Numbered from the stretch's first letter, positions 45,128 through 55,009 are shown. The stretch: DNA of 64,000 nt from Kiloniellaceae bacterium (GCA_048268885.1 JBLWUP010000028.1:6315-70314); one strand, 5' to 3'. Translations and numbers: made by a program. The notes: generated by a model from the letters alone, not told the origin.

Positions 45128-47995
45128 ATGCTTACCAAAAGGACGAATGGGGTTGCGAATGGCCCCCGTTTGTCAAAGGCGGTAGCCGGCATTGCTGGTA
45201 GCGCCATTGACCGCCGTACCTTCCTGAAACGATCCGGATTGACCGCTGGCGGTATCGCCGCGGCATCGGTTCCGCTCGGGATGGTGAAGAAGGCCGAAGC
45301 GGCCTCAGCGGCGACAGGCGACGTACAAATTATCAAATCCGTGTGCACGCACTGCTCTGTGGGCTGCACAGTCATGGCGGAGGTTCAGGACGGTGTCTGG
45401 GTCGGGCAGGAGCCCGGCTGGGACAGCCCCTTCAACCTCGGCGCGCACTGCGCCAAGGGCGCCTCGGTGCGTGAACACGCTCACGGCGAACGCCGCCTGA
45501 AGCATCCGACCAAGATGGTCAACGGCAAGTGGACCAAGGTCACCTGGGAACAGGCGATCGAGGAAATCGGCGACAAGATGCTGGAGATCTATCAGAGCTC
45601 CGGTCCCGATTCGGTCTACTGGCTGGGCTCCGCGAAGCACAACAACGAGCAGGCCTATCTCTTCCGCAAGTTCTACGCTTTCTGGGGGTCGAACAACGGC
45701 GACCACCAGGCGCGTATCTGTCACTCGACCACGGTCGCGGGTGTTGCGAACACCTGGGGCTACGGCGCGATGACGAACAGCTACAACGACATCCACAACT
45801 CGCGCGCCATCTTCCAGATCGGCGGCAACCCGGCTGAAGCTCACCCGGTGGCCATGCAGCACATGCTGAAGGCCAAGGAGCAGAACAACGCGCCCTTCAT
45901 CGTCTGCGACCCGCGCTTCACGCGCACGGCCGCCCACGCCGATGAATACGTGCGGTTCCGCCCCGGCACCGACGTGGCGCTGATCTGGGGCATTCTCTGG
46001 CACGTCTTCGACAATGGCTGGGAGGACAAGGAGTTCATCCGCCAGCGTGTCTGGGGCATGGACCAGATCAAGGCCGAAGTCGCCAAGTGGACGCCCGACG
46101 AAACCGAGCGTGTCACCGGCGTGCCGGGCTCTCAGCTGAAGCGCGTGGCGCGGACGCTGGCCAACAACCGTCCCTTCACCATCATCTGGTGCATGGGCGG
46201 CACCCAGCACACGAACGGCAACAACAACACCCGGGCCTACTGCATCCTCGGTCTCGCCCTCGGCGTGATCGGCACGCAGGGCGGCGGCACCAACATCTAC
46301 CGCGGCCACGACAACGTGCAGGGCGCCACCGACCTGGGCGTGCTCTGTCATACCCTGCCGGGTTACTACGGCCTCTCGGCCGGTGCGTGGAAGCACTGGT
46401 CGCGTGTCTGGGACGTCGACTACGAGTGGCTGCAGAGCCGCTTCGCCAGCAAGGACTTCATGGAGAAGGCCGGCGTGCCGGTGTCGCGCTGGTTCGACCT
46501 TGCCCTTGAGGCGAAGGAGAACATCGACCAGCCGGACAATCTCCGGGCCATGGTCTTCTGGGGCCACGCGGCGAACTCGCAGACCCGTCTGCCCGACATG
46601 AAGAAGGCGATGGAGAAGCTGGACCTCCTGGTCATCGTCGACCCCTATCCGACGATGGCGGCGGTGATGAACGACCGCAAGGAGGGAACCTACCTGCTGC
46701 CGGCGGCGACGCAGTTCGAGACCTACGGGTCCGTGACCGCGTCCAACCGTTCGATCCAGTGGCGCGACAAGGTCTTCGATCCGCTCTTTGACTCGAAGAC
46801 GGATCACGAGATCATGTATCTCTTCGCCAAGAAGCTCGGTTTCGCGGACGAGATGTTCAAGAACATCAAGGTCGAGAACAACGTTCCGCTGATCGAGGAC
46901 GTGCTGCTGGAGATCAACCGCGGCATGTGGACCATCGGCTACACCGGCCAGTCGCCGGAACGCCTCAGGACCCACATGGCCAACCAGCAGACCTTCGACA
47001 AGACCACGCTGCAGGCACGCGGCGGTCCTGCCGACGGCGACTACTACGGCCTGCCGTGGCCCTGCTGGGGCACGGCGGAGATGGGTCACCCGGGCACCCC
47101 GGTGCTCTACGATCCGTCGAAGCCGGTGGCCGAAGGCGGTCTCTGCTTCCGTGCCCGTTTCGGCGTGGAGCGCGAGGGCGACAACCTGCTGGCCGAAGGC
47201 TCCTATCCGGTCGGCTCGGAAATCCAGGACGGTTATCCCGAGTTCACCATGGCCATGCTGAAGAAGCTGGGCTGGGACAAGGACCTGACCGACGAGGAGC
47301 GTTCGACCATCGACGCCATTGCCGGCGACAAGACCAACTGGAAGATCGACCTCTCGGGCGGTATCCAGCGCGTCGCCATCAAGCATGGCTGTGCCCCCTT
47401 CGGCAACGCCAAGGCGCGGACGGTGGTGTGGAACTTCCCGGATCCGGTGCCGCTGCACCGCGAGCCGCTCTACACCTCGCGGCGTGACCTCGTGGCCGAC
47501 TACCCGACCTACGACGACCGCAAGATGTATCGCTTGCCGATCCTCTACAAGTCGATCCAGGACAAGGACTTCTCGGGCGACTTCCCGATGATCCTCACCT
47601 CCGGCCGTCTGGTCGAGTACGAGGGTGGCGGTGACGAGACCCGGTCCAACCCCTGGCTGGCCGAGCTCCAGCAGGACATGTTCGTGGAGATCAACCCGGT
47701 GGACGCCAACAACAACGGCGTGCGCGACGGGGCGATGGTCTGGGTGCATGGCCCTGAAGGCGCCAAGGTCAAGGTCAAGGCGCTGGTGACCGAACGCGTG
47801 GGACGTGGCGTGGCTTTCATGCCCTTCCACTTCGGCGGCCACTGGCAGGGCGAGGATCAACGCTACAAGTATCCGGCGGGATCCGATCCTTACGTACTCG
47901 GTGAAGCCAGCAATACCGCGCAGACATATGGCTATGACTCGGTGACCAATATGCAGGAAACCAAAGCCACGCTCTGCCGTATCGAGCCGGCTTAA
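45128..47995 (+). CDS. fdhA: Tat-exported formate dehydrogenase alpha subunit (Mo/W-bis-PGD, Cys ligand)
   Basis: DRRTFLK Tat signal; CTHCSVGC..C 4Fe-4S; ARICHSTTV; RGHDNVQGATD; EINP..A. Confidence 0.95.
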   Translation: MLTKRTNGVANGPRLSKAVAGIAGSAIDRRTFLKRSGLTAGGIAAASVPLGMVKKAEAASAATGDVQIIKSVCTHCSVGCTVMAEVQDGVWVGQEPGWDSPFNLGAHCAKGASVREHAHGERRLKHPTKMVNGKWTKVTWEQAIEEIGDKMLEIYQSSGPDSVYWLGSAKHNNEQAYLFRKFYAFWGSNNGDHQARICHSTTVAGVANTWGYGAMTNSYNDIHNSRAIFQIGGNPAEAHPVAMQHMLKAKEQNNAPFIVCDPRFTRTAAHADEYVRFRPGTDVALIWGILWHVFDNGWEDKEFIRQRVWGMDQIKAEVAKWTPDETERVTGVPGSQLKRVARTLANNRPFTIIWCMGGTQHTNGNNNTRAYCILGLALGVIGTQGGGTNIYRGHDNVQGATDLGVLCHTLPGYYGLSAGAWKHWSRVWDVDYEWLQSRFASKDFMEKAGVPVSRWFDLALEAKENIDQPDNLRAMVFWGHAANSQTRLPDMKKAMEKLDLLVIVDPYPTMAAVMNDRKEGTYLLPAATQFETYGSVTASNRSIQWRDKVFDPLFDSKTDHEIMYLFAKKLGFADEMFKNIKVENNVPLIEDVLLEINRGMWTIGYTGQSPERLRTHMANQQTFDKTTLQARGGPADGDYYGLPWPCWGTAEMGHPGTPVLYDPSKPVAEGGLCFRARFGVEREGDNLLAEGSYPVGSEIQDGYPEFTMAMLKKLGWDKDLTDEERSTIDAIAGDKTNWKIDLSGGIQRVAIKHGCAPFGNAKARTVVWNFPDPVPLHREPLYTSRRDLVADYPTYDDRKMYRLPILYKSIQDKDFSGDFPMILTSGRLVEYEGGGDETRSNPWLAELQQDMFVEINPVDANNNGVRDGAMVWVHGPEGAKVKVKALVTERVGRGVAFMPFHFGGHWQGEDQRYKYPAGSDPYVLGEASNTAQTYGYDSVTNMQETKATLCRIEPA

Positions 47996-48010
47996 GGGAG
48001 GAACTGAATC

Positions 48011-48607
48011 ATGGCACGTATGAAATTCCTCTGTGACGCCGAGCGTTGCATCGAGTGCAATGCCTGCGTCACGGCGTGCAAGAACGAGCATGAAGTGCCC
48101 TGGGGCGTGAACCGGCGCCGGGTGGTGACCATCAATGATGGCAAGCCCGGTGAGCGGTCCATCTCCGTGGCCTGCATGCACTGTTCCGACGCGCCCTGCA
48201 TGGCCGTCTGCCCGGTGGATTGCTTCTACCAGACCGACGACGGTGTGGTGCTTCACTCCAAGGATCTCTGCATCGGTTGCGGTTACTGCTTCTACGCCTG
48301 TCCTTTCGGCGCGCCGCAGTATCCGCAGGCCGGCAACTTCGGCAGCCGCGGCAAGATGGACAAGTGCACCTTCTGCTCCGGCGGCCCGGAGGAGGACAAC
48401 TCCGCCGCCGAGTTCCAGAAGTACGGGCGCAACCGTCTGGCAGAGGGCAAGTTGCCGCTCTGTGCGGAAATGTGCTCCACGAAGGCCCTGCTCGCCGGTG
48501 ACGGCGATATGGTGTCCGACATCTATCGCGAGCGAGTCGTCGCCCGCGGTTTCGGGTCGGGAGCCTGGGGCTGGGGAACCGCCTACGATCAGAAGTCCGG
48601 CTCTTAA
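48011..48607 (+). CDS. fdhB: Formate dehydrogenase iron-sulfur subunit
   Basis: [35 protein letters not shown]...C. Confidence 0.95.
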   Translation: MARMKFLCDAERCIECNACVTACKNEHEVPWGVNRRRVVTINDGKPGERSISVACMHCSDAPCMAVCPVDCFYQTDDGVVLHSKDLCIGCGYCFYACPFGAPQYPQAGNFGSRGKMDKCTFCSGGPEEDNSAAEFQKYGRNRLAEGKLPLCAEMCSTKALLAGDGDMVSDIYRERVVARGFGSGAWGWGTAYDQKSGS

Positions 48608-48648
48608 GCCGGCCCTGGTCGGGGCAATGGGGATCGCATCCCGGGATG

Positions 48649-48676
48649 GGGGCGGCGCCTAGCGCCGCCCCTCTTT
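48649..48676 (+). terminator. Hairpin/terminator after fdhB
   Basis: GGGGCGGCGC-cta-GCGCCGCCCC then TCTTT. Confidence 0.55.
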
Positions 48677-48758
48677 CCCATGGGCGACAGAGTCCCGTAA
48701 GAAAATATTAACCATAAGCCGTTTGTTCTTGTTGCCTCGATTGGAGGTAGAAAACCTG

Positions 48759-48950
48759 ATGGTACTGCACAAGCTGATTCCCATCGTTGCCGGCGCCGGC
48801 CTCGTCATGGCCCTGGCGGCCTGTGACGAGTCGGAGCAGGGACGTGTCCTGCGCTACGAAAAGGGCACCTACCTGGGCAAGCCCGACAGCCAACTGACCG
48901 AACAGCAGCGCGAAGAACTGCGTTCCCGCGCGGCGCTGCAAGGCGGCTGA
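48759..48950 (+). CDS. Small lipoprotein within the fdh operon
   Basis: GGAGG RBS; lipobox LAAC; YEKGTYLGKPD..L...Q..ELR.R. Confidence 0.75.
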   Translation: MVLHKLIPIVAGAGLVMALAACDESEQGRVLRYEKGTYLGKPDSQLTEQQREELRSRAALQGG

Positions 48951-48988
48951 ACTGGCGGGGATGCCTAATTTTCCCTGCCCAAAAGACG

Positions 48989-50140
48989 ATGAAGAGACGT
49001 AGCTCGCTGAGAGGAATGACCATGACCGCCTCCGTCTTGCGCCTGCGGCGCGATGCCTTTCCCCTTTTCTTCGGTCTGGTGCTGCTGCTGGCCGCGCTGG
49101 CCGCCGTGACGGCGCCGACGTCGCCGGCCTGGGGCCAGTCCGCCGATCAGACCACCGCCGAGAGCCCGACGGGCGGGAACGTTCCGGGCAACGTGCTGGG
49201 CAATGCGGCCGACAGCGACTTCTGGCGGGCGATCCGCCAGGGCGAGGCCGGGCAGGTCTCGATCCCCGACGCCCAGGCCGGCCGCCTCATCCAGTCGGAA
49301 GGCGACAACTGGCGCGCAGTGCGCAACGGGCCTTTGACCGTCTACGGCGCCTGGGCGATGCTCGGCGTCGTCGCCATCATCGCCCTGTTCTTCGCCATCC
49401 GCGGCCGCATCCGCATCGATGCCGGCCCCAGCGGCACCACCATCGAACGCTTCAACATGCTGGAGCGCACGGCGCATTGGATCACCGCCACTTCCTTCGT
49501 GATCCTGGCGCTGACCGGGCTCAATATTCTCTACGGACGCCATGTGCTGCTGCCGATCCTTGGGCCTGAGATCTTTTCGGCCATCACCATCGCTGGCAAG
49601 TACGCGCACAACTTCCTCTCCTTCGCCTTCATGGTTGGCGTGGTGCTGATCTTCTTCCTTTGGGTCGGCCGCAACATCCCTGGAAAGCGCGACCTGCATT
49701 GGCTGGCGGTGGGCGGCGGCCTGTTCAAGAAGGGCGTGCATCCGCCGGCGGGCAAGTTCAACGCCGGTCAGAAGCTGATCTTCTGGTCCGTCGTCCTGGG
49801 CGGCGTTTCGATCAGCATCTCCGGGCTGGCGCTGCTGTTCCCCTTCCAGTTCGCACTCTTCGGCGGGACCTTCGAAGTGCTGAACATCTTCGGTCTCGGC
49901 TTGCCGACCGACCTGACGATGATGCAGGAGATGCAGCTCTCGCAGCTGTGGCACGGCATCGTGGCGCTGATCCTCACCGCCATCGTCATCGGCCACATCT
50001 ACATCGGCTCGCTGGGCATGGAAGGCGCTTTCGAGGCCATGGGCACGGGGCAGGTCGACCTGAACTGGGCCAAGGAGCACCACTCCCTCTGGGTCAACGA
50101 GGTGCGCAGCAGCTCCAGCGCCCAACAGCCCGCGGAATAG
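48989..50140 (+). CDS. fdhC: Formate dehydrogenase gamma subunit (cytochrome b) with N-terminal periplasmic extension
   Basis: ERF...ERTAHW, HNFLSF, GKFNAGQK, WHGI, GHIYIG, WAKEHH. Confidence 0.92.
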   Translation: MKRRSSLRGMTMTASVLRLRRDAFPLFFGLVLLLAALAAVTAPTSPAWGQSADQTTAESPTGGNVPGNVLGNAADSDFWRAIRQGEAGQVSIPDAQAGRLIQSEGDNWRAVRNGPLTVYGAWAMLGVVAIIALFFAIRGRIRIDAGPSGTTIERFNMLERTAHWITATSFVILALTGLNILYGRHVLLPILGPEIFSAITIAGKYAHNFLSFAFMVGVVLIFFLWVGRNIPGKRDLHWLAVGGGLFKKGVHPPAGKFNAGQKLIFWSVVLGGVSISISGLALLFPFQFALFGGTFEVLNIFGLGLPTDLTMMQEMQLSQLWHGIVALILTAIVIGHIYIGSLGMEGAFEAMGTGQVDLNWAKEHHSLWVNEVRSSSSAQQPAE

Positions 50141-50150
50141 GAGGCTTCCC

Positions 50151-50495
50151 ATGGCCGTAGGCTGCCGCAGTCTTCTCTTCGCTGTCGGCGTTGCGGGGGC
50201 AGTCCTGGCAGCGCCGGCCGTTGTTCCCGCGCAGGCCGCCATCAGCGGGGAAGCCGCGGGCAAGCAGCTCGCCGAGCGCTTCGGCGTGCGGGTGTTGCAG
50301 GTGCGTGCCGGCGAGCGCGCTGGCCGCAAGGTCTGGCTCGTCACGGTCATGCAGCCCGGCGGCAACCGCAACAACGCCTTCCAGGTGAACCTTCTGGCCG
50401 TCGATCAGGAAACGGGCGAGCTGGTGTCCTCCTTCCAGCACGGGGCCGACGGCTACAGCCTGCCGCCGCTGCCGCCGGGGGGCGAGCGGCCATGA
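50151..50495 (+). CDS. Exported PepSY-like protein
   Basis: Signal peptide; helix plus beta strands ending LAVDQETG. Confidence 0.55.
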   Translation: MAVGCRSLLFAVGVAGAVLAAPAVVPAQAAISGEAAGKQLAERFGVRVLQVRAGERAGRKVWLVTVMQPGGNRNNAFQVNLLAVDQETGELVSSFQHGADGYSLPPLPPGGERP

Positions 50496-50538
50496 CGGCC
50501 GGGCCGGCGGCCGGGTGGCGGAAAGCGCCTCTTCCGGC

Positions 50539-51180
50539 ATGAGGAGGGGGGCGTCAGGACTGTTCGCGGCTGGTTTGTCGCTGCTGCTGGTGTTGCCATT
50601 TGGGGCCGCCGCCCAGCAGTCCACTCAGCAGCCTACGTCGACAGCGCCGGTCCTCGGGAACAAGCCGGGCCTGCTCGTCACGCGTGTCTTCAAGAAGCCT
50701 CCCGAGAAGCTGACGGTCTCGGTGACCCCCTATGACGACAGCGACCTGAACCTGCGGCTCAAGCAGGACTTCGAGGCGCAGCTGGCCGCGCAGGATCGGG
50801 CCCGGGTGGAAACGGCGTCCGGGGCGGCCTATCTGTTATTGTTCGAGACGGAGGTCGTGCCGGCCGATGCGGTGCCGCGCGGCCCCAGCCTCGGCGCCGC
50901 CAACGTCACGGAAAGCGGGGTCGACGTGAACGTCAACGTCTGGTCGTCCAGCAAGGACAGTGTCCTCGGCGGCCGCCAGCAGGACGGCGACGTCGGCAGC
51001 AACGTGTTTCACATCAACGCCGTCCTGCGCGATCGCGGCAGCGGCGATGTGACCTGGCAGGGGGATGCCTACTATGAGCTGTCCGGGCCGGCAAGCGAGC
51101 GCGTCGCACGCGGCATGGTCGCTCCGCTGGTGCAGAAACTAGGTCAGTCCGTTGCCCATGAAGCCTTCACGATCGAATAG
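50539..51180 (+). CDS. Hypothetical exported protein
   Basis: Signal peptide; coupled to neighbours; start may be 50515 or 50539. Confidence 0.6.
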   Translation: MRRGASGLFAAGLSLLLVLPFGAAAQQSTQQPTSTAPVLGNKPGLLVTRVFKKPPEKLTVSVTPYDDSDLNLRLKQDFEAQLAAQDRARVETASGAAYLLLFETEVVPADAVPRGPSLGAANVTESGVDVNVNVWSSSKDSVLGGRQQDGDVGSNVFHINAVLRDRGSGDVTWQGDAYYELSGPASERVARGMVAPLVQKLGQSVAHEAFTIE

Positions 51181-52549
51181 CCCGGCACCGCGGATCTGCG
51201 GATGGCGCCGGTCGCTTGGCCGCTTGCTGCCGGCAGCGGCGCTGTGCATCGCCGTCGCGGCGGCGCCGGCGGTCCGCGCCGAGCTGCGCGGCCACGGCGG
51301 CTTCGTGAAGGGCGTCGCGGTGTCGCCTGACGGCACCCGGGCGGTTTCCGCCAGCTTCGACTACAGCATCATCCTGTGGGACCTGAAGAGCCAGGAGGCG
51401 CTCGAGGTCCTCGACGACCATGACGGCGCGGTCAACGCCGTGGTGCTGCTGGACGATGGCCGCAAGGCGCTCTCCGCCAGCGACGACGGCACACTGCGCC
51501 TCTGGGACCTGAGGCAAGGCGAGCTGCTGCAGGTGTTCACCGGCCACGGCGGCAAGGTGGCCGGCGTCGCCGTATCGCCGGACGGACGGCTGGCGGCTTC
51601 CGCGGGGTGGGACCGCAGCGTGCGCCTTTGGGATCTGGAAGCGGGCAGCCAGCTCTTCGTGCTCGACGACTACCGCAGCAATGTGAACGCGGTGGCCTTC
51701 GCCCCGGACGGCCGGCACCTGCTGACGGGCAGTTACGATTCCTCGATCCGCTACTACGCCCTGCCGGAGGACGGCGCCGCGCCGCGCCTGCTGCGGGTTA
51801 TGGAAGGGCACGATTTCGGGGTCAACGCCCTGGCCTTCCTGCCGGACGGCCGGCGCGCCCTCTCGGCCTCGGTGGACGAGACCGTGCGGCTGTGGGACCT
51901 GGCTTCCGGCGAGGAACGGGCCGAGTTGCGCGGGCATGAAGGACCGGTTTTCGCCGTCGCGGTCTCGCCCGACGGCAGCCTGGCGGCCTCGGCCGGGGTC
52001 GACGGGACGGTGAACCTCTGGAACATCGAGGAGCGGCGCATCATCGCCTCGCTCTACGGCCACCGGCAGCCGGTCTGGGCCCTGGCCTTCACACCCGACG
52101 GCAAGCGCCTGCTGTCCGCCGGGGCCGACGAGGTGACGCGCCTTTGGGACCTGGAAACCCGCAGCGAGGTGGGCGTTTCGGCGGATGTGGCCGCCGCGCC
52201 GGTGCCGTCGCAGCCGGGCGAAGCCGATTCACGCGGCGCCAAGCTGTTCCGCAAGTGCGTCGCCTGCCACACGGTCACCGCCGACGGCGGCAACCGGGCG
52301 GGCCCCACTCTGTATGGCGTCTTTGGCCGCCGCGCGGGGACCATCGAGGGCTACAACTACTCGGATGCGCTCAGCCACAGTGACCTGGTCTGGACGGAAG
52401 AGACGATCGACCGGCTGTTCGCGGAGGGGCCGGATGAATTCACGCCGGGCAGCAAGATGCCGCTGCAGCGCATGCCCTCGGCTGCGGACCGCGAGGAACT
52501 CATCACTTATCTGAAGAGTATTACCGCCGTCGGGGGGACGGCGAACTGA
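51152..52549 (+). CDS. Seven-WD40-repeat beta-propeller fused to a class I cytochrome c
   Basis: Signal peptide; seven GH..WD repeats; CVACH, GPTLYGVFGRRAG, PGSKMP. Confidence 0.9.
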   Translation: MPMKPSRSNSPAPRICGWRRSLGRLLPAAALCIAVAAAPAVRAELRGHGGFVKGVAVSPDGTRAVSASFDYSIILWDLKSQEALEVLDDHDGAVNAVVLLDDGRKALSASDDGTLRLWDLRQGELLQVFTGHGGKVAGVAVSPDGRLAASAGWDRSVRLWDLEAGSQLFVLDDYRSNVNAVAFAPDGRHLLTGSYDSSIRYYALPEDGAAPRLLRVMEGHDFGVNALAFLPDGRRALSASVDETVRLWDLASGEERAELRGHEGPVFAVAVSPDGSLAASAGVDGTVNLWNIEERRIIASLYGHRQPVWALAFTPDGKRLLSAGADEVTRLWDLETRSEVGVSADVAAAPVPSQPGEADSRGAKLFRKCVACHTVTADGGNRAGPTLYGVFGRRAGTIEGYNYSDALSHSDLVWTEETIDRLFAEGPDEFTPGSKMPLQRMPSAADREELITYLKSITAVGGTAN

Positions 52550-52616
52550 CGGCGGCCGCCTTGGGGGATGCCGCCGTGACTTGGACCAAGTCGATATCTT
52601 TGTAAGGAAGCGAGCT

Positions 52617-52739
52617 ATGAAATCGATCGTTGCCGGAGCCGTCGCCGCTGTTCTCATCGCCGTCCTGAGCGCGGTGGTGCTGTCGGGCCTGGGCATGACC
52701 GCCGCCGACGTTTACTCCACCTCCAACGTGCGTCTCTAA
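52617..52739 (+). CDS. 40-aa single-TM small protein
   Basis: AAGGAAG RBS; MKSIVAGAVAAVLIAVLSAVVLSGLGMTAADVYSTSNVRL; below the ORF-track cutoff. Confidence 0.65.
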   Translation: MKSIVAGAVAAVLIAVLSAVVLSGLGMTAADVYSTSNVRL

Positions 52740-52760
52740 CGCCGGCGCCGGCGCCCGGGG

Positions 52761-53954
52761 TTATTCCCGGGCACCCGCTGCGCGCAGCAGGGCCACGATC
52801 TCGCTGTCGCCGATCATGTCGGCCGCGGCGAGGGCGGTCCAACCGTCGTTGGCCTTCAAGGTGGCATCCGCCCCGGCTTGCAGCAGCAACTTCACTTCCT
52901 CCAGGCGTGCCCGATTCGCGGCGAGCATCAGCGCGGTGTTGCCGCTGCCGGCCTCGCGCGCGTTCGGATCGGCGCCGCTGTTGAGCAGCACGTAAAGCGC
53001 CCCCGGCTGGCCGGCTGCGGCGGCGAGCACCACCGGCGGGCGGCCGTTGCGGCCGGGCAGGTTGGGGTCTGCCCCGGCCTCCAGCAGGGCGATCACGGTG
53101 TCGATCTGGGCCGCTTCGATGGCCTGGCCCAGGGCGGTCTCGCCCTCCGCCGCCTGCTGGTCGACCGGAATCCCCGCGGCCAGCAGAAGCCGCAGCAGGC
53201 CGGTATGGCCGTGGGCCGCGGCCAGATGCAGCGCCGACCAGCCGTCGCGCCGCTGCGCCTTCACGTCGGCCCCGGCGGTCAGCAGCAGCTGGAAGCTGCC
53301 CTCCGCGCCGGCCCGTGTGGCGGCGATCAGCGCGGTGGTGCCGTCATCGGCGGCCAAGCTGGGATCGGCGCCCGCCGCCAGCAGTTCGGCGACGACGGCC
53401 GTGCCCAGCGGGTCGAAGGCGGCATTGATCAGCGGCGTGTTGCCGTCGCTCTCGTCCTGGGCATCGACCTCGGCGCCGCCGGCGAGCAGGGCGGCGACGA
53501 CGCTGCGCTTCAGGCGGCGCGCGGCGAGGTGCAGCGGCGTGTTGCCGTGGTCCTTCTCGCGCGCGTTGGCCGGCGCCCCGGCGGCCAGCAGCAGCTTGGC
53601 GACGTGGTCATGGCCTTCGTAGGCGGCGTAGTGCAGGGCGGTCCAGTCGTCGTCCGGCGTGGCCGCCGCGGGATCGGCGCCGCGCGCCAGCAGCAGCTCC
53701 GTCACCGCAGGGCTGCCGTCCATCGCGGTGACGTGCAGCGGCGTGTTGCCGAGCTGGTCGCGGACCTCCAGGTCGCCGCCGCGTTCCAGGGCGAAGGCGG
53801 CGAGCTCGGCGTCGTCGCTGCGGGCGGCCTGGTGCAGGGCCTGGTCCGGGATCGTCTGCGCCGCCGCGCCGGCCGCCAGCCATAGCGCGGCCGCCAGCAT
53901 CAGCGTGAGGGCGCAGGCGAAAGGCCGGGCCGGGGCGGCTTTAGGACGCACCAT
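52761..53954 (-). CDS. Exported ankyrin-repeat protein (about 11 repeats)
   Basis: Signal peptide; repeated TPLH/TALH..AA..G..LL.AGAD(P/V)N. Confidence 0.9.
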   Translation of the reverse strand: MVRPKAAPARPFACALTLMLAAALWLAAGAAAQTIPDQALHQAARSDDAELAAFALERGGDLEVRDQLGNTPLHVTAMDGSPAVTELLLARGADPAAATPDDDWTALHYAAYEGHDHVAKLLLAAGAPANAREKDHGNTPLHLAARRLKRSVVAALLAGGAEVDAQDESDGNTPLINAAFDPLGTAVVAELLAAGADPSLAADDGTTALIAATRAGAEGSFQLLLTAGADVKAQRRDGWSALHLAAAHGHTGLLRLLLAAGIPVDQQAAEGETALGQAIEAAQIDTVIALLEAGADPNLPGRNGRPPVVLAAAAGQPGALYVLLNSGADPNAREAGSGNTALMLAANRARLEEVKLLLQAGADATLKANDGWTALAAADMIGDSEIVALLRAAGARE

Positions 53955-54126
53955 CGGCGACGACCTCCAGCTCTACCTGCGAGGCGATGATCAGCAGTTT
54001 CCCGGCATGCTCGAAATTGACGGTGACCCTGTCGCCCACCACGGATTGGATCTGGCCCATCCCCCAGTCGGGCTGTCCCGGGTGGCGCACCCGCATGCCG
54101 GGCGCCAGGTGCTGGCTGCTGCTCAC
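53941..54126 (-). CDS. DUF3553 protein
   Basis: LAPGMRVRHP.QPDWG.GQIQS....VTVNFEHAGK. Confidence 0.8.
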   Translation of the reverse strand: MSSSQHLAPGMRVRHPGQPDWGMGQIQSVVGDRVTVNFEHAGKLLIIASQVELEVVADGAS

Positions 54127-54267
54127 GTCCGTCTTTCTCCGGGCCGCCGCGATGCGGCCTTTTTTGGTGCCTTCTACATCTTTAGTGTGGCTCGGCGCTT
54201 AGTGTATAAGGAAAAGCAAGTAGCGGAAACGACTTGTCCTTGAGATTACCTATGGAGTTGCCGGCTG

Positions 54268-54909
54268 ATGGATTTGAAGATTGACGTGCGTGTTGCGGAG
54301 CTTCTGGCCTCGCGTCTGTGCCATGATCTGGTCGGCCCGATCGGCGCCGTCGGCAACGGCTTGGAGTTGCTGGCCGACGACGAATTCGGCATGGCCGAGG
54401 ACGCCATGCAGTTGACCACCAACTCGGCACGCCAAGCCTCCAACATCCTGCAGTTCTTCCGGCTGGCCTACGGCATGGCGGGGGCCCGTGTCGGCCCGGA
54501 CTACACGCCGCTGCGCGATCTCGCCGCCGCCTTGCTGGAGACGTCCCGTACGAAGCTGGACTGGCCGATGCTGCAGGCGCCGGAAGGGGCGCCCGACGGC
54601 ATCGCCAAGATGATCCTGAACATGATCGCCCTGGGCCATGAAGCGCTGCCCCGCGGCGGCGATCTGAAGGTGGCCATTTCCCCCGGGGGGCAGGGCATCG
54701 ACTGCATCGTCACCGCCAGCGGCCAGGACGCCCACCTGAGGCCGGAAGTGCTGGCGGGCCTGCAGGACGACATCGACCTCGAGGAGCTCAGCGCGCGCGG
54801 TGTGCACGGCTATTTCACGCGGCTGATGGCCAAGCGTCTGGGCAGCGACCTGGTGATCGAGACGCCGGGCGCCGACAGCGTTCAGTTCTGCGTCACCCTG
54901 TCGACCTGA
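54268..54909 (+). CDS. chpT: Histidine phosphotransferase ChpT
   Basis: LLASRLCHDLVGPIGAVGNGLELL, FFRLAYG, ALPRGG, degenerate HATPase domain. Confidence 0.92.
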   Translation: MDLKIDVRVAELLASRLCHDLVGPIGAVGNGLELLADDEFGMAEDAMQLTTNSARQASNILQFFRLAYGMAGARVGPDYTPLRDLAAALLETSRTKLDWPMLQAPEGAPDGIAKMILNMIALGHEALPRGGDLKVAISPGGQGIDCIVTASGQDAHLRPEVLAGLQDDIDLEELSARGVHGYFTRLMAKRLGSDLVIETPGADSVQFCVTLST

Positions 54910-54971
54910 CGCCCGTCTGCCTGGTGTTGCGCCCGCGACGGGTGAAGAGGGCAGGGCAAGGCCACAAAAGA

Positions 54972-55009
54972 AAAGCGCCGGCAGTCCCCTGAGGGTCTGC
55001 CGGCGCTTT
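54972..55009. terminator. Bidirectional terminator between chpT and mcp
   Basis: AAAGCGCCGGCAG...CTGCCGGCGCTTT, flanked by A and T runs, between convergent genes. Confidence 0.75.

Noticed and set aside
45716-45727. Selenocysteine-type formate dehydrogenase
   Set aside because: The active-site codon is TGT (RICHS); no in-frame TGA
50151-50495. PepSY-like protein as a lanpepsy-type lanthanide binder
   Set aside because: Single domain, basic rather than acidic, and located in the fdh region far from xoxF
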